From the IMG/VR virus record IMGVR_UViG_3300027782_000038: DNA of 64,000 bases; one strand, written 5' to 3'. Source of the stretch: a virus. Positions 19,152-28,016 of the stretch are shown here, piece by piece. The translations under genes were made by a program, and so were the position numbers. The number at the start of each line of letters is the position of its first letter. Positions within the stretch are counted from its first letter, which is position 1. The notes beneath the pieces are model-generated. The model saw only the letters and a program-made list of their open reading frames with translations, was not told the DNA's origin and made no database searches.

Positions 19152-19579
19152 CAGATTCGAATCGAGATGACGTAGAAGTTAAAATAGATATTGGTGTCTT
19201 AAAGACCCAAGTTTTGACGTTATCATCTCTTTGCAATAAGATGGATACCGTCATTGAAAAACTTATCGAACAACAAGAAAGGTATATCGGAAAAGTTTAC
19301 ACAGATATGGAAACACGTAGAAAAGAAACGGAAGCTGATATTGGTGAGATTCATGGTCGTATTGATACCGTCCTCGATAAAGTTCAAAGTACCGAACTTA
19401 GAATTATGGATGAAATAAAATCTCTCCGTAATGATATGTTTAAACATAATAAAGAAGAAAAAGAAGCTTTTGAGAAATTAAATCAATGGAAATGGATGAT
19501 TGCTGGTGGTATACTAGTGCTTTCATGGTTGATTTCTCACATAAATTTTGATACAATACTACATATACCCCTGAAGTAA
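19148..19579 (+). CDS. Coiled-coil protein with C-terminal TM anchor (lysis-region hypothetical)
   Basis: Heptad pattern; WKWMIAGGILVLSWL. Confidence 0.55.
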   Translation: MTDSNRDDVEVKIDIGVLKTQVLTLSSLCNKMDTVIEKLIEQQERYIGKVYTDMETRRKETEADIGEIHGRIDTVLDKVQSTELRIMDEIKSLRNDMFKHNKEEKEAFEKLNQWKWMIAGGILVLSWLISHINFDTILHIPLK

Positions 19580-19608
19580 TTTAATTCTTCTTATTATAAT
19601 ACTATATT

Positions 19609-20619
19609 ATGAGCATTTTCATCGACAGGTCTTTCCTGTTACGTATGTCCCCTAAATTGGATAGGTTCGCCAAGAAAAAAGACGACCTATACAATTTCAG
19701 ATGTCCGCTCTGTGGCGACTCACAGAAAAATAAAACAAAATCCCGTGGTTACGTTTACCGTAAGAAAAATGACTATTTCTATATGTGTCATAATTGCGGT
19801 GTCAGTACAACTTTTTACAATTTCATAAAACTGTTAGATGCTGGACTATTGGCTGAATACCAACTTGAGAGATATAAAAATGGCGAAACTGGAAATAACA
19901 ATTACCCGAAACCAAGTTTTGATGAGGTTAATACAGAAAAACCAGTATTCAGAGAAAAGTTACAACTTCCCACGATTGAGTCATTACAGGAAGGTCACTT
20001 TGCTAAACAATATGTACAAAAAAGAAAGATCCCTGAAAGCTACTTCACCAATCTTTATTATGCAGAAGATTTCAAAGAATTCGTTGAAAGCTTTGGTATA
20101 CAAAAAGAGTTATTGGCTGGAGATAAACGACTCATTATCCCGTTCTATGATGAAGAAAAAAATCTCATCGCTTTTCAAGGTCGTGCTTTAGGAGAGTCTA
20201 AGTTACGGTATATCACAGTCAAGTTACATGATGATAATAAGAAGTTATTTGGACTTGATAGGATCAACCAGGAAGAAAAGATATATGTAGTTGAAGGGCC
20301 AATAGACTCAATGTTCCTAGACAATTCTGTAGCTACCTGTGATTCACATTTAGAAGCTGCATCAGAAGTTTTGAATAGATCGAATTTGGTATTGGTATTT
20401 GATAATGAACCTCGTAATAAAGAAATAGTTAGACAGATAGAACGTGCCATTGATAACCATTTTAACGTGGTAATCTGGCCTGAAATGATTGAAGAAAAAG
20501 ATATTAATGATATGATACTTGCTGGCTTTACATCGGATGATATTAACGATATAATAGACAATCATACATATCAAAACCTTAGAGCAAAATTAGAATTTAT
20601 GAATTGGAAAAAAATATGA
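19609..20619 (+). CDS. 61: DNA primase (T4 gp61)
   Basis: CPLCGDS...CHNCG zinc finger, VEGPIDS, FDNEPRN, KDINDM TOPRIM motifs. Confidence 0.95.
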   Translation: MSIFIDRSFLLRMSPKLDRFAKKKDDLYNFRCPLCGDSQKNKTKSRGYVYRKKNDYFYMCHNCGVSTTFYNFIKLLDAGLLAEYQLERYKNGETGNNNYPKPSFDEVNTEKPVFREKLQLPTIESLQEGHFAKQYVQKRKIPESYFTNLYYAEDFKEFVESFGIQKELLAGDKRLIIPFYDEEKNLIAFQGRALGESKLRYITVKLHDDNKKLFGLDRINQEEKIYVVEGPIDSMFLDNSVATCDSHLEAASEVLNRSNLVLVFDNEPRNKEIVRQIERAIDNHFNVVIWPEMIEEKDINDMILAGFTSDDINDIIDNHTYQNLRAKLEFMNWKKI

Positions 20620-21275
20620 AAGTGAAATTAATTTCATCAACACAAGGTGTGGATGGCAAAAACCTACTAGAACAGGTTGCTTATGCAGCAAGAGTATCAA
20701 ACCCAGCAAACCAGGACAACGATGGAACTGCTGAAAAGTTAGTTCGTTATCTAATCAAACATCAACATTGGTCACCACTAGAAATGGTCAATGTCTGCCT
20801 AGAGATTGAAACAACAAGAGATATTGCACGACAGATTCTCCGTCACCGATCATTTTCATTCCAAGAATTTAGTCAGCGTTATGCTGTGGCTGATTTAGGA
20901 TGGGAGTTAAAAGAAACTAGACTACAAGACACTAAAAATCGCCAGAATAGTATTGCCGTAACCGGAACAACCTTAACTGAACAGAATCTAATGGAACAAT
21001 GGAAATGGAAACAAGAAGAAGTTATTTCCGCTGTTGAACATTCATATAAATGGGCTATTACGAATGGTATCGCCAAAGAACAAGCTCGGGCTGTACTACC
21101 AGAAGGCATTACACTAAGCAGATTATACATGAACGGAACCTTGCGTTCCTGGGTGCACTATATACAACTACGAAGTGGAGTGGAAACACAAAAAGAACAC
21201 CGTGAGGTTGCTCTTGCTTGTGCTGATGCGATTGAACCTATTTTCCCAATGATTAAGGAATATGTGAATGTATAA
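20616..21275 (+). CDS. thyX: Flavin-dependent thymidylate synthase
   Basis: HWSPLE, RQILRHRSFSFQEFSQRY signature. Confidence 0.96.
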   Translation: MKVKLISSTQGVDGKNLLEQVAYAARVSNPANQDNDGTAEKLVRYLIKHQHWSPLEMVNVCLEIETTRDIARQILRHRSFSFQEFSQRYAVADLGWELKETRLQDTKNRQNSIAVTGTTLTEQNLMEQWKWKQEEVISAVEHSYKWAITNGIAKEQARAVLPEGITLSRLYMNGTLRSWVHYIQLRSGVETQKEHREVALACADAIEPIFPMIKEYVNV

Positions 21276-21615
21276 TGATGTTGTGAAGTTTATTGAAGCG
21301 TGTGAACAAGAAAAATCGGAAGATAATCAATGGTTGTATTCAAATTTAATTCAAGAAGAATATGATGAATTTATAAATGCGATTCATTCAGAAGATGATA
21401 TAGAACAACTTGATGCTTGCATGGACATGATTTGGGTTATTCTTGGTTTCTGTTACATGAAAGGTTATAATGTCAAAGGTGCATGGGACGAAGTTGCACG
21501 TTCAAATCTTAGTAAAATAAATCCAGAAACAGGTAAAGTAATTAAAAGAGAAGATGGTAAAGTGTTGAAGCCTGAAGGCTGGACACCGCCGCAATTAGAA
21601 CAATTCACAAAATAA
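21268..21615 (+). CDS. All-alpha NTP pyrophosphohydrolase (PRA-PH/MazG-like)
   Basis: LIQEEYDE, LDACMD, SNLSK, REDGKVLKP. Confidence 0.85.
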   Translation: MYNDVVKFIEACEQEKSEDNQWLYSNLIQEEYDEFINAIHSEDDIEQLDACMDMIWVILGFCYMKGYNVKGAWDEVARSNLSKINPETGKVIKREDGKVLKPEGWTPPQLEQFTK

Positions 21616-21628
21616 GAATAAGGTAATT

Positions 21629-23431
21629 ATGGAATACTTAGGTATCAATATAGATTTAGAAAGAGATAAATTATTTGATGTGTTGGGCATTAAACGATTA
21701 CAAGAATCGTACATGAGAGAAGATGAAACATCACCACAACAACGATTCGCTTTTGTTTCTAAAGCATTTGGGAGCAATCCAGATCATGCACAAAGATTAT
21801 ACGATTACAGTAGCAAACATTGGCTCTCTTATTCTACTCCCATTCTTTCTTTTGGTCGCTCTAAGCGTGGGTTGCCTATCAGTTGTTTTCTCAATTATAT
21901 TGAAGATACTGCGGAGGGATTAGTTGATAACCTATCAGAAACTAATTGGCTTTCTATGTTCGGCGGCGGTGTTGGTATTGGTTTTGGTATTCGCTCTGCC
22001 GATGATAAGTCTACAGGTGTTATGCCTCATCTTAAAATGTATGATGCAAGTTCTCTTGCTTATCGTCAAGGTCGTACTCGCCGTGGTTCTTACGCCGCTT
22101 ATCTTGATATTTCTCATCCTGATGTTATTTCATTCTTGGAGATGCGAAAACCGACAGGAGACCAAAATGTAAGGTGTTTGAATCTACATCACGGTATCAA
22201 TATTCCAGATGCTTTCATGCAGATCATTGAGAACTGTATGGTTGATCCTGATGCAAATGATGATTGGAACTTAGTTGATCCAGCATCAAGCGAAATTCGT
22301 GAAACTGTATCAGCTAAAATGTTATGGCAGATGATTATGGAATTGCGTATGCATACCGGTGAACCATATCTACATTTTATTGATAGAAGTAATGAACATC
22401 TTCCGCAATGGTTGAAAGACAAAGGTTTAAAAGTAAATCAATCTAATTTATGTTCTGAAATTATTTTACCTACTAACGAACAACGTACTGCTGTATGTTG
22501 TTTGTCCAGTCTCAATTTAGAGACCTATGATGAATGGAAAGATGAACCACTATTTCTCAAAGATGTGGCAGAAATGCTTGATAATGTTCTTCAGTATTTT
22601 ATTGATAATGCTCCAAGTCAAATATCCAGAGCTAAATATTCTGCCGAACGTGAGCGAAGCATTGGTGTTGGCGCTCTTGGTTTTCACGCTTATTTACAAA
22701 AGAATGGCATTGCTTTTGAAGGAGTAATGGCCAAAATTGCAAACAAGAAAATTTTTAGTTCAATCAGAAAAGGATTAGACGATGCTAATATTCAACTTGG
22801 AAAAGAACGGGGTGAAGCTCCTGACGCTGTGGGTACTGGTTTTCGTTTTAGTCATGTTATGGCCATTGCTCCTAATGCCAGTTCTTCCATTATTATGGGT
22901 AATACTAGCCCTAGCATTGAACCTTATCGGGCTAACGCTTACCGTCAAGATACTTTGTCAGGTTCTTTCTTAAATAAGAACAAATGGTTGGATGAATTAA
23001 TTCAAAATAAATTGGCTAATGAATTGAATGAAATTAGTTCTGATGAATATGATGATATTTGGTCATCAATCATTGCTAATGACGGTTCAGTACAACATTT
23101 AGATATTCTAGATGAAAATGAAAAGTATGTGTATAAGACAGCATTGGAAATTGATCAACGTTGGGTTATTGAACTTGCTGCTGATAGACAAGAATATATT
23201 GACCAAGCACAATCATTAAATGTATTCGTTAGACCTGATGCAAATATTAAATATCTTCATGCTATTCATTTTATGGCATGGAAAAAAGGATTGAAAACTT
23301 TATATTACTTACGTTCTGAAAAGATTGGTAAAGCAGATAAAGTATCAAAGAAAATTGAACGTCAAGTTATTAAAGAACTTGATATGACACAATTAGCACA
23401 AGGCAATGATTGTATTGCTTGCGAGGGTTAA
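21629..23431 (+). CDS. nrdA: Ribonucleotide reductase class I alpha subunit (no ATP cone)
   Basis: ISCF, SNLCSEI, AIAPNASSS, KTLYYLRS, C-terminal CIAC. Confidence 0.96.
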   Translation: MEYLGINIDLERDKLFDVLGIKRLQESYMREDETSPQQRFAFVSKAFGSNPDHAQRLYDYSSKHWLSYSTPILSFGRSKRGLPISCFLNYIEDTAEGLVDNLSETNWLSMFGGGVGIGFGIRSADDKSTGVMPHLKMYDASSLAYRQGRTRRGSYAAYLDISHPDVISFLEMRKPTGDQNVRCLNLHHGINIPDAFMQIIENCMVDPDANDDWNLVDPASSEIRETVSAKMLWQMIMELRMHTGEPYLHFIDRSNEHLPQWLKDKGLKVNQSNLCSEIILPTNEQRTAVCCLSSLNLETYDEWKDEPLFLKDVAEMLDNVLQYFIDNAPSQISRAKYSAERERSIGVGALGFHAYLQKNGIAFEGVMAKIANKKIFSSIRKGLDDANIQLGKERGEAPDAVGTGFRFSHVMAIAPNASSSIIMGNTSPSIEPYRANAYRQDTLSGSFLNKNKWLDELIQNKLANELNEISSDEYDDIWSSIIANDGSVQHLDILDENEKYVYKTALEIDQRWVIELAADRQEYIDQAQSLNVFVRPDANIKYLHAIHFMAWKKGLKTLYYLRSEKIGKADKVSKKIERQVIKELDMTQLAQGNDCIACEG

Positions 23432-24418
23432 ATGATTAAGAAGATTGATAGTAAATTAACAGATACACGGGATAGTTTTAAACCGTTTAGTTATCCGTGG
23501 GCTTATGACGCATGGTTGAAGCATGAACAATCTCACTGGCTTCACACAGAAGTACCAATGAATGAGGACGTAAAAGACTGGAAAAAGAAACTTACCAAGG
23601 AAGAAAAACAATTCCTGACACACATCTTCCGTTTCTTTACTCAAGGTGATATTGATGTGGCTGGTGGATATGTAAAAAATTATCTTCCTTATTTTTCACA
23701 ACCAGAAGTTCGTATGATGCTTCTAGGATTCGCCGCCAGAGAGGCGTTACACGTTGCTGCTTACTCACACCTCATTGAGACACTTGGCCTGCCTGACACC
23801 ACTTATAATGAGTTCCTAGCATATCAGGAGATGAAAGATAAACACGATTATGTCCTGGCCATTTCCGATAAGAATGGTACCAAAGAAAACACAGCATTAC
23901 ATATTGCTGTATTCTCAGCCTTCACTGAAGGTATGCAATTGTTTAGTTCCTTTGTTATGTTGTTAAACTTCCCTCGACATGGTAAAATGATAGGCATGGG
24001 TCAGATTGTTACTTGGTCAATTGTTGATGAAACAATGCACGCCGAGAATATGATTAAATTGTTCAGAACATATATCAATGAAAACAGAGAAATCTGGAAT
24101 GATGAATTGAAATCAAATATCTACACCATTGCAGAAAAAATGGTTGAACTTGAAGATAGATTTATTGATCTGGCTTTTGGTTTGACTGAAATGGAAGGTC
24201 TAACAATTGATGAGTTGAAAAAGTATATTAGATATATAGCAGATAGACGATTGATTAGCCTAGGAATGAAAGGCATTTTCAAAGTTAAACGTAATCCTCT
24301 ACCGTGGGTTGAGGAAATGATCAATGCACCTACACATACTAATTTCTTTGAAAACAGAGCAACCGATTATGCAAAAGGTGCTCAATCAGGTGATTGGAGT
24401 GACGTTTGGGCTAATTAA
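23432..24418 (+). CDS. nrdB: Ribonucleotide reductase class I beta subunit
   Basis: FFTQGD, EALH..AY, EG.QLFSSF, DETMH, NFFE...DY. Confidence 0.96.
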   Translation: MIKKIDSKLTDTRDSFKPFSYPWAYDAWLKHEQSHWLHTEVPMNEDVKDWKKKLTKEEKQFLTHIFRFFTQGDIDVAGGYVKNYLPYFSQPEVRMMLLGFAAREALHVAAYSHLIETLGLPDTTYNEFLAYQEMKDKHDYVLAISDKNGTKENTALHIAVFSAFTEGMQLFSSFVMLLNFPRHGKMIGMGQIVTWSIVDETMHAENMIKLFRTYINENREIWNDELKSNIYTIAEKMVELEDRFIDLAFGLTEMEGLTIDELKKYIRYIADRRLISLGMKGIFKVKRNPLPWVEEMINAPTHTNFFENRATDYAKGAQSGDWSDVWAN

Positions 24419-24435
24419 AAATAATAAGGAAGAAT

Positions 24436-24621
24436 ATGACGCCTAAGACAGTATCGGGAGATTGTGGAAATTGCGAGTCCACATTTCAAATAGAATATAT
24501 GCAAGAATTTGTATCGGAAGAATATCCAGAACACTGCCCATTCTGCGGCGAATCAATAGACGATTTATCTGAAGAATATATAGAAGATGATGACTCTAAT
24601 GATGAAGAAGAATGGGACTGA
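24436..24621 (+). CDS. Small zinc-ribbon protein with acidic tail
   Basis: CGNC...CPFC. Confidence 0.65.
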   Translation: MTPKTVSGDCGNCESTFQIEYMQEFVSEEYPEHCPFCGESIDDLSEEYIEDDDSNDEEEWD

Positions 24622-25046
24622 ACTGGATATTTCAAGATAAAGAATTTACGGAAGACTTGGTTGGTGATAACATAGGGTTCGTCTATGTGATTACAAATCT
24701 GACGAATAAAAGAAAATACGTAGGCAAGAAATTATTTCATTCTGCCAAAACCAAACAAGTCAAAGGTAAAAAGAAACGTTATAAAGTTCCAAGTGATTGG
24801 AAAACTTATTATGGTTCTAATGAAGAATTGAAGAAAGATGTTAAAGAAATGGGTGAAGATAATTTCATCCGTGAGATTTTACATCTTTGTAAATCTAAAG
24901 GTGAATGTTCTTATTTGGAAGCAAAGGAACAATTTAATCGTAATGTAATGGAAGGTGATGAATATTACAACGTATGGATTATGGTACGGGTAAGAAAATC
25001 ACATATTAAGGACTATAATGCTAGAATTTCTCAAAGAAGTAGCTGA
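24612..25046 (+). CDS. GIY-YIG endonuclease (endonuclease II-like)
   Basis: GFVYVITN...YVGKK, WKTYYGS, YLE, YYN; position after nrdB. Confidence 0.8.
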   Translation: MGLNWIFQDKEFTEDLVGDNIGFVYVITNLTNKRKYVGKKLFHSAKTKQVKGKKKRYKVPSDWKTYYGSNEELKKDVKEMGEDNFIREILHLCKSKGECSYLEAKEQFNRNVMEGDEYYNVWIMVRVRKSHIKDYNARISQRSS

Positions 25047-25359
25047 ATCGGATTATGATACAATATTTTTTGTACCAGGACCAGAAGAAGATTCGGTTCA
25101 AGTAGAAGGCAGTCAGTATAAAGACCGTGGTGTAAAAGTTGGTGGCAGCAATCTAGGAGATGAATTTCATATTATTCTATTCAAAGAAGATGAAGATGGT
25201 AAACCCTGTGAATTGGATAAATTTGATGCCATTCTTGGTGAACCATTGGAATACATTTCAGTATTAATACCAATGGACTGGTATGGTATAGTTTGTAGAA
25301 AAACAACAACTTCTGGTAAATTTGTTAAGAATTTGTTTGACAACCTTGTAAATGTATGA
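25018..25359 (+). CDS. Hypothetical protein
   Basis: Intact ORF with AAGGA SD. Confidence 0.6.
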   Translation: MLEFLKEVAESDYDTIFFVPGPEEDSVQVEGSQYKDRGVKVGGSNLGDEFHIILFKEDEDGKPCELDKFDAILGEPLEYISVLIPMDWYGIVCRKTTTSGKFVKNLFDNLVNV

Positions 25360-25398
25360 TATGATGGTAGTTCGTTGAAACTTTAAAGTTTAATTATC

Positions 25399-26250
25399 AT
25401 GATTCTCATTGATCTAAATCAAGTAATACTAGCCGGTTTGATGGCTCAAATTTCCAAACAAAAAAATGTAAAGTTGGAAGAAGATTTAATTCGTCATATG
25501 GTTCTAAACATTATTCGTACACATATAAACAAATTTCGTAATGAATATGGTGAAGTTGTATTGTGTTGTGACAATCGAAAATACTGGCGGAAAGAATTCT
25601 TTCCTTTCTACAAAGCACACCGCAAAGCAGCCAGAGAAAAATCAGACCTTGATTGGCATCTAATTTTCGATATGCTTGGTAAATTCAAGCAAGAATTAAA
25701 AGATAATTTTCCATACAAAGTCATTGATGTTGACGGTGCGGAAGCCGATGATGTTATTGGCACTCTCGTACCTATGTTTGCAGATAAAGAAAAGATGTTA
25801 ATTCTTTCTAGTGATGGTGATTTTCTACAACTGCAAAAATATGGAAGCAATGTCAAACAATATAATCCTTCATTGAAGAAATATATTAAGTCTGAAAATC
25901 CATTGTTGGAATTAAAAGAGAAAATTATCCGTGGTGATAAAGGAGATGGCATTCCAAACATCTTTTCACCATCAGATTGTTTCGTTCGTGATTTACGTCA
26001 AAAAGCTATCACAAAGGGTGTATTAGACAAATACCTAAACGAACACTATGGTGATTGGCAGGATGAAAATGCAAGAGTTGGTTTTTCTCGTAATCAAACA
26101 CTTATTGATTTAAGTTTGATTCCTGGTGACATAAAGCAGAAAATAATAAATACTTTTGATGAAACCAAACCGGCAACCAAACAAAAGATGTTAAACTACT
26201 TTATTGAAAAGAAACTTAAAAATTTAATGGATGTAATTGAGGAATTTTAA
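25399..26250 (+). CDS. rnh: RNase H / 5'-3' exonuclease (T4 rnh)
   Basis: ILID, YWRK...YKA.R, EADD, SSDGDF.QL, GDKGDGIPN. Confidence 0.95.
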   Translation: MILIDLNQVILAGLMAQISKQKNVKLEEDLIRHMVLNIIRTHINKFRNEYGEVVLCCDNRKYWRKEFFPFYKAHRKAAREKSDLDWHLIFDMLGKFKQELKDNFPYKVIDVDGAEADDVIGTLVPMFADKEKMLILSSDGDFLQLQKYGSNVKQYNPSLKKYIKSENPLLELKEKIIRGDKGDGIPNIFSPSDCFVRDLRQKAITKGVLDKYLNEHYGDWQDENARVGFSRNQTLIDLSLIPGDIKQKIINTFDETKPATKQKMLNYFIEKKLKNLMDVIEEF

Positions 26251-26672
26251 TGAAAAATATGTATGAAGTATTCGATGAGTTTGAAGAAGCTACATCAAAG
26301 AAAGAACGGTTGCAGGTAATAGAAAAAAACTTATCACAAACACTAGTACAAGTATTACAATTAACATTTCATCCAGATTATCAATGGTTGATTAATGAAT
26401 TACCAGAAAATTACATAATACCTGATACATTACCTGGAATGTCTAGAGAACAATTATCTTTACAGATTAGAAAGTTGTATTTGTTTCGTAAAGGTGAACC
26501 AACAGCTGAAAAGTTGACACCAGAGAAACGTAATCAACTTTTATTACAGATGTTAGAGTCATTAGAACCTCGTGAAGCAGAAGTTGTTGTCGGTATTTTC
26601 AAAAAAGATTTGGGTGTTAAAGGTTTAACATACAAATTTGTTAAAGAAGCCTTTCCCAATTTACTGCCATAA
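26250..26672 (+). CDS. Conserved T4-like hypothetical (DUF6433-like)
   Basis: LLQMLESLEPREAE, GLTYKFVKEAFP. Confidence 0.65.
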   Translation: MKNMYEVFDEFEEATSKKERLQVIEKNLSQTLVQVLQLTFHPDYQWLINELPENYIIPDTLPGMSREQLSLQIRKLYLFRKGEPTAEKLTPEKRNQLLLQMLESLEPREAEVVVGIFKKDLGVKGLTYKFVKEAFPNLLP

Positions 26673-26693
26673 AAAGATAGGAGATTAAACAAA

Positions 26694-26879
26694 GTGACGA
26701 AGTTCGTAGGCAAGTTTCGTAAACATAAAGACTATAGAGATGATTACGATTACGCAAAAGATTACCTAAATGTTAAAAAGGTTAGAAGTGAACATACTGA
26801 GGTTCGCAAACAGTTGAGAGAAAAAAACTGGGAAGAGGAGTATGTTAAGGAATTCGGGAATGAGGAAGAACGAACATAA
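26694..26879 (+). CDS. Hypothetical protein
   Basis: GTG start with AGGAG SD. Confidence 0.55.
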   Translation: MTKFVGKFRKHKDYRDDYDYAKDYLNVKKVRSEHTEVRKQLREKNWEEEYVKEFGNEEERT

Positions 26880-26881
26880 TC

Positions 26882-26944
26882 TGTTGTTTTTTTACAACAT
26901 TCTGAGACCTGTCTATTGACAGGTTTTTTTATTTGTGTTACAAT
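26882..26944 (+). promoter_or_regulatory. Early sigma70-type promoter with upstream TGTTG-N8-CAACA palindrome
   Basis: Palindrome 26882-26899; TTGACA 26916; 17 bp; TACAAT 26939. Confidence 0.8.
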
Positions 26945-26970
26945 GGTATATACTTATTGGAGATATTATT

Positions 26971-27348
26971 ATGATGGTATATGGCAAAATTCCAAAATCC
27001 AAAATTCGCAAAGTTACTAAAAAAGTGCAAGAACAGCATGATGAATGGTTAAAAACACATCAACCAAAAGTCATAGTTACTAAATCCTTCAAAAAACCGT
27101 TATCAAGACACCTTCCGAGGGTACCAGTTGGTCGTGAAACGCCAAATTACCCATCCTTAGCGACAAATTTTTCGGGAGCACTCACAAAATCTGGAATTAT
27201 GAAGGAATATCATCTAATGACAGCTGATGAGCGAAAGAAAATTGATGATCTTGGTATGTGTGTTGCACCGTTACACAAAGGTAATTACATATATGTTACT
27301 GAAGGTATGAATCCTGCTGGTTTTGGCAGAAAAAATGAGGTATTATGA
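26971..27348 (+). CDS. Hypothetical basic protein
   Basis: GGAGA SD; APLHKGNY motif common in T4-like small proteins. Confidence 0.6.
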   Translation: MMVYGKIPKSKIRKVTKKVQEQHDEWLKTHQPKVIVTKSFKKPLSRHLPRVPVGRETPNYPSLATNFSGALTKSGIMKEYHLMTADERKKIDDLGMCVAPLHKGNYIYVTEGMNPAGFGRKNEVL

Positions 27349-27497
27349 TGAAGAAAATAAATTTTACAATAAAGTTAGAGCGTCCTCATTGCAGGACACC
27401 TATTCCTGCTCGTCAAAAGCATAAAATTGACACTAAGTACACTCGTAAACCTAAACACAGGAGAAAGAGTGATGATACCAAATTGGTCCAAGAGTGA
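27345..27497 (+). CDS. 50-aa basic peptide with ArfA-like YxRKxKH motif (not in ORF track)
   Basis: MMKKINFTIKLERPHCRTPIPARQKHKIDTKYTRKPKHRRKSDDTKLVQE; GAGG SD; ATGA overlap. Confidence 0.55.
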   Translation: MMKKINFTIKLERPHCRTPIPARQKHKIDTKYTRKPKHRRKSDDTKLVQE

Positions 27498-27751
27498 ATG
27501 GCGTGAAATGAGCGAATATCTGTCTAAATTGCCCGCAAAAAAACTAACGGATGAACAAAAATTCTTTAAAGCTTTGATAAAAGCTAAAGAATCCGGTAAA
27601 CTTTATCAAAATGATCAAGAACATCAATTACACTAAAGGTAAAAAATGCATTACGAATGGAAAATGTTAGAAACGATTATTCGTCAATGGGCTGTTTTGT
27701 CTGGATTTGAAAAAGATTATGAAGAATATAGAAAACTCAAAGAAACAACTG

Positions 27752-27928
27752 ATGCAAAGTAATACCTACACAGCAAATGTTGTTAGTATTGAATCTAACG
27801 GTGATGCAATCCTTGAACTTCCTCAAAAATTGTGTGATACAATGGGTTGGGGTGAAGGAACTATACTCGACATTTCCACGGAAGTTGGAACTGGTGCAAT
27901 AATTATAAAAGAAGTTAAAAATGTGTAG
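27752..27928 (+). CDS. AbrB/MazE/SpoVT-like DNA-binding protein
   Basis: GDAILELP...MGWGEGTIL pattern. Confidence 0.7.
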   Translation: MQSNTYTANVVSIESNGDAILELPQKLCDTMGWGEGTILDISTEVGTGAIIIKEVKNV

Positions 27929-27930
27929 GA

Positions 27931-27993
27931 TGTTGTATAAAAACAACAGTTATACAAATATTGCTTGACAGAAATCACGGTTCATGAGATAAT
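27931..27993 (+). promoter_or_regulatory. Early promoter with upstream palindrome
   Basis: TGTTGTATAAAAACAACA 27931-27948; TTGACA 27965; 17 bp; GATAAT 27988. Confidence 0.8.
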
Positions 27994-28016
27994 AGTACAT
28001 CTACTGGAGAAATTAC

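Noticed and set aside
21629-24418. Introns or inteins in nrdA/nrdB
   Set aside because: Both ORFs are continuous and of normal short length with no insertion evident
26882-26899. LexA (SOS) box interpretation of the palindrome
   Set aside because: Consensus is TGTTG-N8-CAACA rather than CTGT-N8-ACAG, and sites lie upstream of -35 rather than over the core promoter
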